A DNA stretch of 49,067 bases, the filler included, from Streblomastix strix (Eukaryota), in the NCBI GenBank assembly GCA_008636045.1. It is 2 parts of 2 records of this genome, joined end to end, with 100 filler letters (N's around TTAATTAATTAA, not from the genome) between each part and the next. Parts side by side here need not be neighbours in the genome. Positions count along the whole stretch, not along the records: positions 24,586 to 49,067 come from SNRW01000232.1; 1 more part is not named here. One strand, given 5' to 3'. The notes under the pieces are model-generated. The model was not told where the DNA came from. It saw nothing but the letters and a program-made list of their open reading frames with translations, and made no database searches. A program made the position numbers and the translations under genes. Positions 24,486 through 37,600 of this stretch are shown piece after piece. Numbering within the stretch: the stretch's first letter is position 1; the number at the start of each line of letters is the position of its first letter.

Positions 24486-24585
24486 NNNNNNNNNNNNNNN
24501 NNNNNNNNNNNNNNNNNNNNNNNNNNNNNTTAATTAATTAANNNNNNNNNNNNNNNNNNNNNNNNNNNNNNNNNNNNNNNNNNNN
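24486..24585. other. Artificial contig-joining spacer
   Basis: Exactly 44 N, then TTAATTAATTAA (24530-24541, standard-code stops in all frames), then 44 N. Confidence 0.95.
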
Positions 24586-27500
24586 ATTGAGAATGTAGCA
24601 CACACTGATTAGATATTTAGAAGGGAATGCACTGAAGGAGATATTTTGGATGAATTAGAAGCTTTGTGTAAGAGGAATATTCATAGAATAGATGATGAAA
24701 ATGCAGATGAATCTGAAGAAGAATAAGATGATGATGATGACGAAGAGGAGAGGAAGAAGAAGATGAAAGAAACAGATTCTGAAAAAGTACCCGAAAAGAA
24801 AGAAAAACAAGCATCATTAGATGTTGATGGAGATTCAAATATAATTGACAACCCAACATTCCTTCTAGATGATATGGCTGGATCTAAACTTTTCCATATG
24901 TAATCAAGAGACCAAATTAAAAAAGGATCAAAATAAGTTATAAAGCCAGTTCATAAAACATCATCAAATCAAAAAGAATAAAATACTCATTTATATAATT
25001 AATTATAAAAAGGAGATAAAGCTCTTCAATCAATACAATCTCCTCCATTAGGAAAATCTGAGTAAAATAAAAACGAAAAAGAAAAAGGGAAAATAAAGAA
25101 GAGAGAGAACGAAGAATAATCAAAAGGAGGCGGAGGAGGTAATTTATAAAGAATATTAATACTTTATTATTCACTTCGCGCATTTGAAGCACTTCTTGAT
25201 GTTCGCACAATTTCTATTTTCAGAGAAAAAGCATCTCAGAAGAACCACAAATCAAGTGATATTAGCAGTGGAGAAGTATTAATTGGATTAGATATTGCAC
25301 GAGATGCATTGAAATGTAAATGGGCTCCACTTTAACGTGCAGGGAAGAAATTGTTAGTAAAAGCATTCCTTATTGATTCTATAACATCATGTCCTGTATC
25401 TTCAGTCTCTTCAACAGATTAACAACAATAAGGATAAGGATAAGGATAAGGATAAGGATCATAAATTGTGAAACCAAACTAAGAGCTTGTGTAGAATGTG
25501 TCTCCATTCATGAAGCTATTTGATAATGTAGTTAAATACGCATCATCAGTTATTTCTTTACCAAAATAGATTACACAACTTACAAGCTAAGGATAAACTT
25601 CACAAAACAACAGCAAATCATCAAATGAATAAAAATCTGATGCATTAGATAAATTAAAAGGACCAACTTAAGAATTAGTTGATCCTGGTTAGATATTCAT
25701 TGCATAACTCCCTTTGCCCAGATCACTTGTAGAAAGAGTAGCGCTATCCTAGTTGTGTCCTTCAGTCAATGGAATTGCTCCTTCTCCATCTCTTTCATAA
25801 GTTGGACAATTTACAGTTAATTCACTTGCTCAGTATGTCATATCACCTCCTAATCTCAATAATGGTGGAATTGGAGTCCAATCTCAAAATCCAGTTGAAG
25901 TGTAAAGTCTTGCTAAAATTATGATGGACGTCATATCAGAACATGTAAACCATATAATTACTCTTATTGGATTCCATCAACTCCCAAAGCCAAAACAGTC
26001 AAATGTTATCTAACTTGTAAATGATGTCAATGAAGCTTGCAAAGCAGCCATGATATTATGTGAGAGAGATAAGAATATTTGTGCATTATTAGGAGGAATA
26101 TTGGATGGAATTCTTACAACTGGTTTGCGAATTTTTCTTAATCTTTATGTGAAAATAATATTAAATTTTTATTTTTGCAATATTTTTTCCAAATGATTCA
26201 GATAATAGTCAAGTATATACAAAAGATAATTTTGTTACAGCTGTGCTTGGAATTCCTCAGTCAATTCCACAACTCGCTCAATTCTTAAATTCCCCCCTTG
26301 TTTCACTCAGACTCAGATGTGAGATTACTCGAGTCCTTTTAATCCTATGCAACAGAAGTGAGGTTGCAAGAGAGTAGATGGAATTTGCTCCACAACAAAC
26401 TTTGCCATTTTCATAATTTCCTGTGATGTAAACTATTGCGCTTGGATGTGCCGCTTTTTGTAGATCTGAACAACAATAAAATTAGGGACTACCATTCATT
26501 AATATTTAAGCAATTCCTTCTTCAGATAAAACTTTTACACCTTCAGTTTTGATGATCCTTTAGTAAGTTTAATAGGCGGATAAAGAGGATTAGGAGATTA
26601 GATAATCTACAGCTTTAGGACAAACATATTAACCGTAAATTCTATCTCAAGAATTTTTTTCAAAGATTGCAAATGCTGAAAATCACTTAACTCCTGTGCA
26701 AAAATAGCAATTTTAATAATTATTGACTTAACAATATCCTTAAAACCAATTAACAATCTAGTAAGTATCAACTGCTTTAACATCATTGATGCATTAACTC
26801 TCATATCGACTTTCATAAGTTGGGGTAAATGTTGATTTATCTGCGTATTATTTCTAGTCACCTGCATTGTAATAAACAGTTAAACAGCAAAAATTGCCAT
26901 ATTCATTTCTTAAAAATAGTGCATTGTCTCATCTTCCAATTGATTAAGTGTTATCATTCCTTTACCTTTAGCTCTGCTATACATTTATTGTAGGATATGG
27001 TTAATTTACCAGGAAAGATTGTTCGTTTGGAGGAATAGCATTCCATTCAATGATGGATAGAATGGCCCTTGTAGTGAAAGTTAATGCAGGAATTAACTTT
27101 GTCAACATTGCATTGCATCCACCTTTACCATTCTAACCCACTTCATAATTTATTTCATTAGCTAAATAATAATCATAAGCACTTTCATGTGCATCGTAGC
27201 TTGTGGCTCTTCGTATAATGTAAGGAATGGGGAGAAGAGGTTATTCATATGTGTAAGTTAGAGAATCTGGTATAGTTAAGAAAAGAATTGAATAGTTTTA
27301 TTTGTTTACTTTTAATATATATAACACAATTAGTTTAAGTTCATTAATAATATTTATTTATTTATTTATTATTCACAAAGGGATGCTCCAACTTCTTCTC
27401 TCATTACTTGTCCTACCTTCAATACCGCCTCCTGAGTCTCCTGCATCACTTTCTGAACTTACATTGCACAGTGAAGAAAGATGCTTCTTAGCTAGTACAA

Positions 27501-30500
27501 GTATAGGCATCTTCTGCTACTTAGATAGAGCTAATGCTCATTTCACTGCACAAGATCCTCACTTCTTTCCTTCAGTTATGCACTTGCTTGCTCTTCCTAC
27601 TACAACATCTGCATCAAATACATCAAATGAAAATAAATAGAAAAACGAATTTAGAAGACCAATAATTGGACCCCAACTGCGGCTTGCACTTTTATTTGCA
27701 GTTCATAGTGTCTGCTCGCTTGATGCAACAGCTGCAAGAAGACTTGTTGCAGCAGTTCCAACAGCAGCTTAGATATTTGGATCATAGTTATTCACAGCAG
27801 CACAACATGAAAGAGCTCTCAATGAGACCAAACTTTTTCTTCTTTCAAATGGAGACATTGGAAATCAAATACAATAATCAACCTCTTCTCCTTCTCCAAT
27901 TACATTTCATTTGTCTTGCTCAAAGGAAACTTGTACCGAACTGCCTCCAAGAGGTCGATATTATGCACTTCGCTTACTCAGAATGGTATTAATTGCAACT
28001 GAATTGTCAAGCAAAGCCCAAATAACATCGTCATAATCTACTTTGAAAGATTAATCATCTTCACTAACATCACTTGGTGCTAATCAACCAAATTCAAGTT
28101 AGTCTACCAAGAGAATTATTTTGTAGCCTCCTCCTCATACATATATTCATTCACCTCCTACAAATGCTCCTCCACGATTTGGTAAATTCGGATCTGCTAA
28201 CATCAGTTCTCCTCATCTCACATACTTTTCTATTCCACGTATATTGCGTAGGACGAATGCCTGCATAGACAACACATCTGCTGCACTTGGAAGCAGTGCA
28301 CTGTCAAATGAAGCACAAAAGTTTCTCGAATTTGCACACGCTTTAAGTTTATGTTAGAATGCACCATTTTCTGCTCATTAAGGAGCTCCTCCTTTGTTTG
28401 CATAGCTTCCCAAACCTTGGCCTCGAGAAGCTGTTCCACGAGTGGCTTTTATACCAGAAGAGAAATTTGGATAATATCTTACACGAATGCCTCAAGCATT
28501 ACCAATTCCGCGTAATTCAATAGCTTCAATTCCACCTCACTCATAAAATGCTATATATCCAATAACTTATAATTAATAACCTGGAAAGGGAGATAGTACA
28601 ATTGTATTAGCACAGTAATTGACTTTTGAGCAGCATAGAGATTGGATGAATAAAAGAATATCAAACTATAGATGTTTCACACAATATCTTGAACTGTGGA
28701 TTACATCTGCACGAGCAATGCGTACAACAACAGAAAATGATCATGGTGCTCTCAATGTACTATATCGCTTGGCTTTGGATACTGAAATTTCAGAACCATT
28801 AAGAACTTTGTTGGATGTGGCATAACCTCCTCCTATACTACCATCGGATGGAAGTCCTTTACCGATGGGTCATACTGGTATTCGAGATGGTGTTGAACTT
28901 GTGTCAAGTGTCATTGCAACTTCAAGTTTGCATTAAAATATTAATTTGAATTATTATTCAAAATGTACTTTCATTACATTTTAGGTGCTCCGTTAGAGAT
29001 TCTAACAATAGCTTCATATATTTTGGTTAATCTTGCTGAAGGTAAAGGAAAAACCGATTATTATCAAGTTCGATTCGAAGGCTCTACATTCAATAGTAGG
29101 ACAGAATGGTTTATTGATATTTTTATTTTACAATATAAAAGAATTTTTTCGTTATGATTTTATTTATTTCAACTTTGATATTTCTATCAAATCTTTCATA
29201 ATTTTTCATATTCGCCATTTTATTATTTCCAGCATCCGAAAGAAAGTTGAAATATATGCATTAGTCAAATTACTTAATTTGCTAACATCACCAATTCCTG
29301 AGCTTCAATTAAATTCGTCCAGATGTATATTAGCACTTGCTGATTCTCATTTAACCCTATAAGAATTATAGGAGAAACCTGTACTTGTATCGTTATTAGA
29401 TCTTCTTTAATATGACATTGGAGAGATGCTTGATAACGTACTTTGGATTATTGCTGATGCAACTAAAGGTAATCAATTTCTTCAAAGAAATAAATGATTG
29501 TATTTTACAAGATTACTTTTATTTATTAATTATTTTCAGACCCCTTAATTCGCTCTACAATGAGCGAGATGGATTCAATAGCTGCCGTTCTTGATGTTCT
29601 TTCTCGGCTTACTACCATTCTTCTTCCTGCATTTGCACCCAATAACTCATTATTCTCAAAAATTATTAGTTTAATTACAAAGAAATCCAAATAAAGTAGG
29701 AAAGATGGAGCAGGAAGTGCAACAAGTCCAGAAGTTTTATAAGCACAACACATACTCCCTGCAGCTACATGCGCTCTTGCTAATTTGGTATATCATAATA
29801 GTAGCAATGTGAGATAGCTTGTTGATCATGAAGGTGGTATTGCATTACTTGTGACACTTTTGGGTATACCAGGCCTTTGTGATATGTGTTCAACATTCAA
29901 TTTACTTGCTGCCCTGGTAACTACTGGTGATCGCCTAGTTGAAGCATTACCTGCAATATGGGGTGCAAACAAAGATAATAATTTGAAGAAGTAATCATCA
30001 GATCTAAATTCGTCTGTTCGTCCTCCATCATCTCAGAAGATATGCACAGAAATGCTCTCTTAGTTGGGGGAGAGTATGTAGCGTGGGACGGTCCTTGAGG
30101 TTCTTTGGCAAACGTTTGATACAGTTACTACTAATTACAGCAGCTATATCAGTGATAAGCCACAATCGAGCCTTAAAGTTAACAAAGAAAAAGAAAGAGA
30201 AGAAGAAGATATTTAACATAACTTCTTAAGTAGATCAGCCATGTTTGAACACCTCCGTCAATAATTTGAATAAGAAGCACTTCCTCATTGGAAAAGTCTT
30301 GATTGGAATGTTGCTGGAGTTGCTCATCTTCGAAGTGGAGAGATAGGCTCTGACAAAACAGCGAAGACAAGTGGATCTCAAAGAAAGGATAATTTAAAAG
30401 GAGGAATATTAGGAAGTGGAATTACCAATGAAGACGAAGAAAACTTAGATATTTATGGGAATTATTCTGATGAATGGAATAATGATAAATTAGCTTCAGT

Positions 30501-30834
30501 AAAAGCTGGTAAAAAGAAAAACGAAATCATTACAACAGATTTAGCTGAAGAAGAGTGCGAAGTTGAGAGAGAAGGAGAAGAAAAAGAAGATGCTGTTAGA
30601 CGAGAATGTGTAGTACACCCACTTCGTGGGAAAAGGCATATGCTACAATCTGCTTTCAATGCAAATGCAGGTATTATTGAACTTGCATCTAAGCTCTTAA
30701 CGCATACATCATTTATGTATCTTGCTGAGAAAGGAGTTGGTGGAAAACAAATACCTACCCCGCAACATACATTTGGTTATGAAAGCGAAGATATTCCAAA
30801 ATCTCGCAGAGCTGTATATGAAACTCCATAATGA
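24586..30834 (+). CDS. Large armadillo/HEAT-repeat-like protein, 5'-truncated, 6 visible exons
   Basis: Continuous frame with TAR=Gln after removing GT-AG introns 26123-26240, 27270-27380, 28926-28984, 29109-29232 and 29469-29539. ARM-like segments ALVKLLNLLTSPIPELQLNSSRCILALA and AATCALANLVYHNSSNVRQLVDHEGGIALLVTLL. TGA at 30832-30834. Confidence 0.8.
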
Positions 30835-31071
30835 TCAAATTTGTCTTTTTTTGTGGCAAAAATAATCTCCAGTAAATAAAATATTATATAATTGTCAATA
30901 AAAAATAAAAAATTGCTGTTTTAACCAATGAGTTTAGAAAAGAAGGTTGAATAATTGAATATAAATACTCTTGAATATAAATATATTGCAGAAAAAAAAA
31001 GATAGAATTTATACAAATAAAAGACCCAAGCGATGTGAAAAATATAAAACAATACACAAAAAGAATATTAC

Positions 31072-34000
31072 TCATTTTCGCTTAATCTAATTCTATTGAG
31101 ATGAATCCTTATCTTCATTATTGTCCTTCTCATTGAAAGCCAATTTTTCTGCGCTTGACTGAGATTGCTTTTATTAGTTTCTAATAGTCTCTCTCATACG
31201 ATATACAAGATTCGTATGAGGGGCTTCATTAGCAGTTGATAAAATTACATAAGAAGCGTCACTCGGCTCTTGAGACTTCTAGCTTTTACTCGGCTAAGTC
31301 ATTTTTTTCTTTTTTGGGTGTGAACCTTAATGTTAATATTATTGATTATTCTAAAGTATTTAAGATTATGAATTTAGTTAAAGTTAAGATAATGAAGGTA
31401 GTTGAGATGCTGGAGGAAGTTTAAAAATAACTTACGGTGCTTTCACTAATGGTATGCTGGGTTGAGATTATATATTTTATGTTATTTAAGGTGACGGTTA
31501 ATGTTATATGCGATGAATAGATTAAGCTTATTATTATTATTATGTATAATGATATAGTTGAGGTTAATATTATTGAGTATTTATGTATAAATTTTTAGAT
31601 GGAGGCATTTCATTATCTAGATTATCTTGAAGACGAATCTATTAAAATGATCCATCAATCACAACTCCATTTTAAAGCATAACTACTTTTGGATTTAATT
31701 ATAATACTTCTTTCTTCTTCCATACTTATGTTGACGATGATTGTTGGGGTGTTTAAGAAATAAAAGTACTTTGCATTTTTTATACTGATGATTGATATTA
31801 GGATGCAAATGCAGGATAAGTTGCTGATCCTGTGGCAGCTAAAAGGGGCATATCCGAGTTTAATTTTTAACGAGAAAGATAATCGGTTTCATATTCAATT
31901 TTTTACTGTTGAATTAGTTTGGCAAAATAATCTCTATCTATCTGATCATCAGTTAATTCTCCATGATCTTTTTCTTTCCAAATAACATGCGTTTTACCCT
32001 TTTCAATATCAGATAATCTTGATCCTTCATCTTCTTCCGATTTAGCTTTTAATTCCTGTTCTGTTTCAAAGTTTCTAATTACAGAATTTGCTTTCTTAAA
32101 TAAATTTATGAATCTTGCTCCTTCTTAATAAAGCATATCTTGTAAAGGACTTAACTTTGTTTTTTATGAATCTGTAAGTATAATAACTTTTGGAAAAGGT
32201 CTTTCTTATTCTCTTTTCTAGTTTGTATCATTCCCTTCTCTTCCAATCCCACCAATAGTCCATGATTAATTAATTATGGCTTATTCATTAATCCATTCAG
32301 GTGAAGCTGGATCAATGAAGATACCATCTGTAGGTGTTTCTTTCCTTTATGGTGATTTATCTTATCTTATTCTATTCTGAAATTCGATCTCTTCTTCATA
32401 GTGAGATGGAATGGGAATATCTTCACCTGTTGCATCAGCAACAATTCGCCTCACTCTATAATCAATATTCTCTGCAACTGTACGAATAATGTTGAGATGA
32501 TGTTGAGTTTAGAAGAAAGGATCTTCTTCTGGTGATGTAAAAGTCACACCAACATTGTAGAATAATTCGTGATGCAAAAGTGGGTCTGGAATATTCGCTG
32601 CATCAATCATCAGTCTCCTTAATCTCCGCCTCTCTGCTTTTTCTCCATATGTTAATTAATGCTAATATCGAATCCCTCCTCTAAATCGATACAGTCTATT
32701 TGCATATGTATTAATCATTAATGTATTTCTTTAACTTTGTTCAAATTCTCCAAGGTTCTTTCTTTATGCATTCTTTCTCCTTGCTATTTCATTTAACTTA
32801 AATGCATTACCAGAAACTATTCCAGCTCTCAATGTTCGTGGTCCTTTCTCTCCAATAAGCAAAGCAAGAGGTCTTTGATCAAATGTGATGTCCAATTCTC
32901 CAGAAAAGACTGTTATACACCAAGGTCTCACTCCTGTTGCTCTTCCTATTCTAACTCTAAGGGTCTGAGGATCGTCATCAAGAAAAGCATTTACATTGCA
33001 TAGAATGTGTTTAGACGTCCAAACTCCTCCGCTGTGTTTAGAGTTTGGCTGTAGATGCTCTGGTCTAACTGGAAGGTCTACAGGGATCATGAATTACTGA
33101 CCTTTTGCCATTTGTGGATTAATTGAAGTTACAACCATAGCTCGTTAATATGGGCTTACAGGTGTCTTCGAAGATGTTAGAAGACTGCAGAGAAGCAAAA
33201 GGGCATTAACTGCACGATTCATATATAGAACAAGTTCCTCCAGTTTCTGATCTTCTCTCAGCATTTCTCTCTTTAGATCATATCTCCATTTAATCCTTTT
33301 CTTTAATTCGGCATCTTTATTTTTATCAATTTCTTTCTCTTCAGATTCTTCATCTTCTTCATCTTCATTTTCATAATTATCTATATCATCGTCATCATCA
33401 CCAACATCAATTAATTCGGACTTTCTTCGATTCATATTTTTTTTCCGCATTCGAACCTTTTCCACCTCAGCTTATACCTCTTTCTGAAGTTGATTTGCCC
33501 AAACATTATATCTTCTAAGAAGATCCTTCGTTTTCATCAACTCAGAAAATGACATAAAAAGAACTTTCTCCAACAGAAGATGAGATCTAATATAAGCACG
33601 AGGTTTGCAAAGTGTGTGCACAAGAGCTAATGGGTCATTGAGACGTGTGAGATCAACACTCACTCTCGATTATAGGAGAGCTTTCAAAGTTGCTTCAATT
33701 GAAGGAGGAAGTGAAATGGGTGAAGTGGATGAAGGTGAAAGAGATGCAATATTAGTTCCTGGTTAATTCTGCTGAGAGGAAGAATTAATAAGTTAAGAAT
33801 TAGCAGAAATTTGAGGACATAATTATGCAACTTATTTTGTGCTTCTTTGTGTAGCTGATATAACTGTCTATGCACATGCTCCAGTTGCTGTGCTTATTTA
33901 AGGGGCTAGAAAGTCAAATGGGTTAACTACTTTTGGATAATCACATATAGCAAGTATAGGCACATTCTCTGTTGGTGATGATGCAAATCCAATTAATGAC

Positions 34001-34653
34001 TGATTAATATATAATCCAATACCTTTCTATGTATCAGATTAAACAGACGGAAGAGGAAAGAAGTTTCCTGATCCTTTTTGAATGCGAAGATTGTCAGCTA
34101 AAACAGCAGCCACAGATAAAGCAGGAGATATCGGCAGCTCATTAGGTGAACCTTAGGGCATAATAATATTAGCTAATTGTGTAGGATTGAATGGAAGCAT
34201 TGAAGTCGGTGGATTAAGAGGCTTCTGAAGTTACTGTCCAACAACCCAATTCCAATCATTGTCCATAGTATTACTCTTATCCCAAACACGTACATCACCT
34301 TTGAACATAAATCCTGGTCCAATAAGCTCAGGCCAAGGAAGATCACAAACATGAGGTTACCTGTCACTTCCCCAATTCATGGCCATTTCCCACATTGCAT
34401 CAAATCCAACAATGTCTCCTTTGTCTACTCTATATTTGACTCTCTCTAATTAACGTCTCCCCCATCCTCCAAGTTGAAGCTCCTATCGAAGCTGTTATCT
34501 GAGTAATTCTTCTTTCTCTTCTAATTCATCTAATTATCGATCCATATCTTCATCTGTTTCTTCTTCTAAGCTATCTGATTATGTTGTATTGCCTCCTCTC
34601 ATTTTATTCCATCTGGGTTTGTTGCTGTTATTCAAACTATTATCATCATCATT

Positions 34654-34687
<34 letters not shown>

Positions 34688-37600
34688 ATACTATTGGATT
34701 CATCTTAACTACTGCTATTGTCCCAATCACGCGCTTTGTCATCATGATTCTTTCGCTTATTCTTCCTTTCTTATTCTTAATCCCTTTACTTTCTCATTCT
34801 CTCCAACTTCTTCTCTCCACGTTTCTAATTCAAAGAAACAACAATGCACTCATTGAAGTATCCATTATTATTGTCATTCTATTAAGGAGATTATTATTAT
34901 CCATTAATTACCTTATTTTCTTTGTCTAATGCAAATTAATACAGATTTCTATTATATAAAATAACTCCACATTCTTTTGGGTTAATTCTCCTGATTATTG
35001 ATTATGAATTCAATTATCTTTCACTTGATTAGTTTGTCTTCATCCCACTTTATTCTAAACTCCTATTCAAGAATTTCCCTCTCTCTTTTAATTATAATTC
35101 ATTCAATATAATCTCATCTTCATCATCAACCTTCCCAAGAGCAGAATTTGCATCGTCTTCTTCAGTTAATCCAATCACAGTCCATCCTCCATGAGTCATT
35201 GGTTCTCTTCTTATTATTCCTAAGTTCTCATTAAGCGATAGAAAGAATAACTTAATTAATGCATAACACTCTGGCATCTTAGGCATTATATCCATAGGCA
35301 CATTCCCATTAACTATATTTCCTTATCCTTATTTTTATGTATAACCTTATTGTCTATGCTTTTTTAATTATAATTTAGTCCAATTACCACCAAAACTATT
35401 TTTATTATTTCTCCCTTATATTATTTCTGTATCATCTCCAAATATATTCCTCCCTCTTTGTTTCATTTCTCTGTTACGAGCTCTTCTCTTCTTTGCATCT
35501 GCTTCAGTTGCAGCAGGTTCATCATGCAAGAGAGCAACAGCAGTTGTCATCAACAGAGAATCTCCTTCTTCTCTGTGAATGGCTGCTGGAGGTGGTACAC
35601 AATCAATATAGTGATAGAATATCATATTTAATGCATGAAATGCTGCTCTTTGGAGTCTGCTTAGTTTTGCATTCCGTATCGACGACTGCGCTGCTAATCT
35701 TCTTCTTTGGGAGATAATTCGACGAGCTCGACGCAATTTGAGTCTTCGTCGCATTTGTGCGATCTCTTAACGAAGCTCAGGTGTCAAAGGTGATGATTTC
35801 AGATTTTACTTCAACTTCTAAAGTTGGGCTTATTCAACTGATGTTGATTATACATTCTTAGTACAAAGAGGACTTGGAATATCACCTGCATCATTTTTCT
35901 CTTTCTTCTCTGTATTAGTATTTTATTCTTTCTATTAATAGCTCATGACTTATTACTTTGAAGATCTTAATGAACACAATTTCATTTCCAGTGTAATATC
36001 AGGAGACAATCTATCTTTTTCAATGTCATCATCATCATCATTTAAGTCTTCAGAATCATCAGCACCATCTATAAGTGTGTTAAGCACTTTCTCTGGTCGA
36101 GATTATTATGGTTAAAGTTATTGACCTTTTTCATTTTATTCAACAATATTTGATGATCCAATTGAACTTGGAGTGTATCCGAATACATTGCTTTATATCT
36201 TCCCTTCAGCTACTTTCTAATTATTATCTTATTCAGTTTCATCTCTCATAAATACAACAAAGTCATACTCACCCATTGGGTATTCGCCAAATGGAGTTCT
36301 ATTCTTCATTAATAGAAGATTTTACTATGGAGAATATATTGGAAGCTTTCCATTAATATCTGTGAAATTCTTCCCTTTTGTAGCAGCTTAGTTAGATGAA
36401 AAAGTGAGAAAGTTTGAGTAGTTGTATAAACTGCTATTAAAACTGATTAATTTATTTAAATTTATCATGTTTTCCATTGGCATTATATTCTTCCTTGATT
36501 AATATAATATTTTCTTCATCATGATTTCTTCTAAACTAAGTATAGGTTTATCAGCGTTCTTATCATTTATTAATCTTAAAATCACTGCATTTGGTGCCCC
36601 ATTTGCCTTTGATCTTCTATTTCTCACTTTCTTTGTTTCAACATCCTGAGTTTTCTATTCAATAAAAAGAACATCATCCTCATCATTCTCCAAATCTTGT
36701 TCACTAGAAAACTCTTCCTCTAATATTAACATCTCAGCTTCTCCTTATTCACTTCCTGATTCATCACTCTCATCCCATTCATCTCCATCAACAACTCTTC
36801 CTTATAAATCAACTACTCTTCTTAATATATTTGATCCTTTATTAATAATGTGTGGGAAAATGTTTGATAGATTCATGTTATCGTTATTTGATATGTTTGC
36901 AATAGTTGACGAAGGATTATTATCTTCTTCATCTTCACTCTTTTATTATTACTATTATTATTTATCAGAAATTTCAGTGTTATTTCTAAGAGTGCTATTA
37001 CCACATGCACACACAGTACTGAAAGCAAAGTTATAGAAAAATCCCTATGAACTACATCTCTCACACATGCATCCAGAATAATGATAATGAGATCCCCTCT
37101 TCTACAATTTTTCTAATCCAAATACTACAGCAACAAGACGCTACATTTATTCCATGGCCCAATGAACTTCCTTGAGTGTAAGAGCGTCCCAAACAGTTGC
37201 CATATAAACATCAAAAAGAGGAGGGTAAGTCAAAGGAGTTCTTCGTCGAATGCATTTCTTACCCATTGCATTCAGATATCGCATTGTTTCTTTTCTCTTC
37301 TCCCTTCTTTAAATTGTAATTGGTCTCCTTTTTTATCTTTGTTCAATAATCCTTTGAGTTTCTTTTTCAGCTGCTTATGTTAATGCATTTAATCTTAATT
37401 TAATTCCTTATTCAGCAACAGCTGCCCTTTTGAAGTCTGCAAGTGCTTGTGATGCTGAAGCTGGTGGAGGTGTTATTGGTTATATCCTTTTGGAAGTTGG
37501 AATTGTTGTGCGAATCATTTATTAACTATTAACAATAATCTGAGTGTTTTTTGGAGGAGAAATTAATTTAATTTATGGCTATATAACTATCTTTGGCTTT

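Noticed and set aside
24486..24585. TTAATTAATTAA palindrome between N runs, and the sharp contrast between the decayed left and intact right halves
   Set aside because: It is a synthetic joining spacer, so no linkage or boundary biology can be inferred across it.
25429..25458. (TAAGGA)5 telomere-like hexamer repeat
   Set aside because: It lies in frame in the ARM-repeat gene and encodes Gln-Gly repeats.
34581..34856. Poly-His ORF on the plus strand
   Set aside because: It is the antisense reading of a (GAT)n poly-Asp run in the giant gene.
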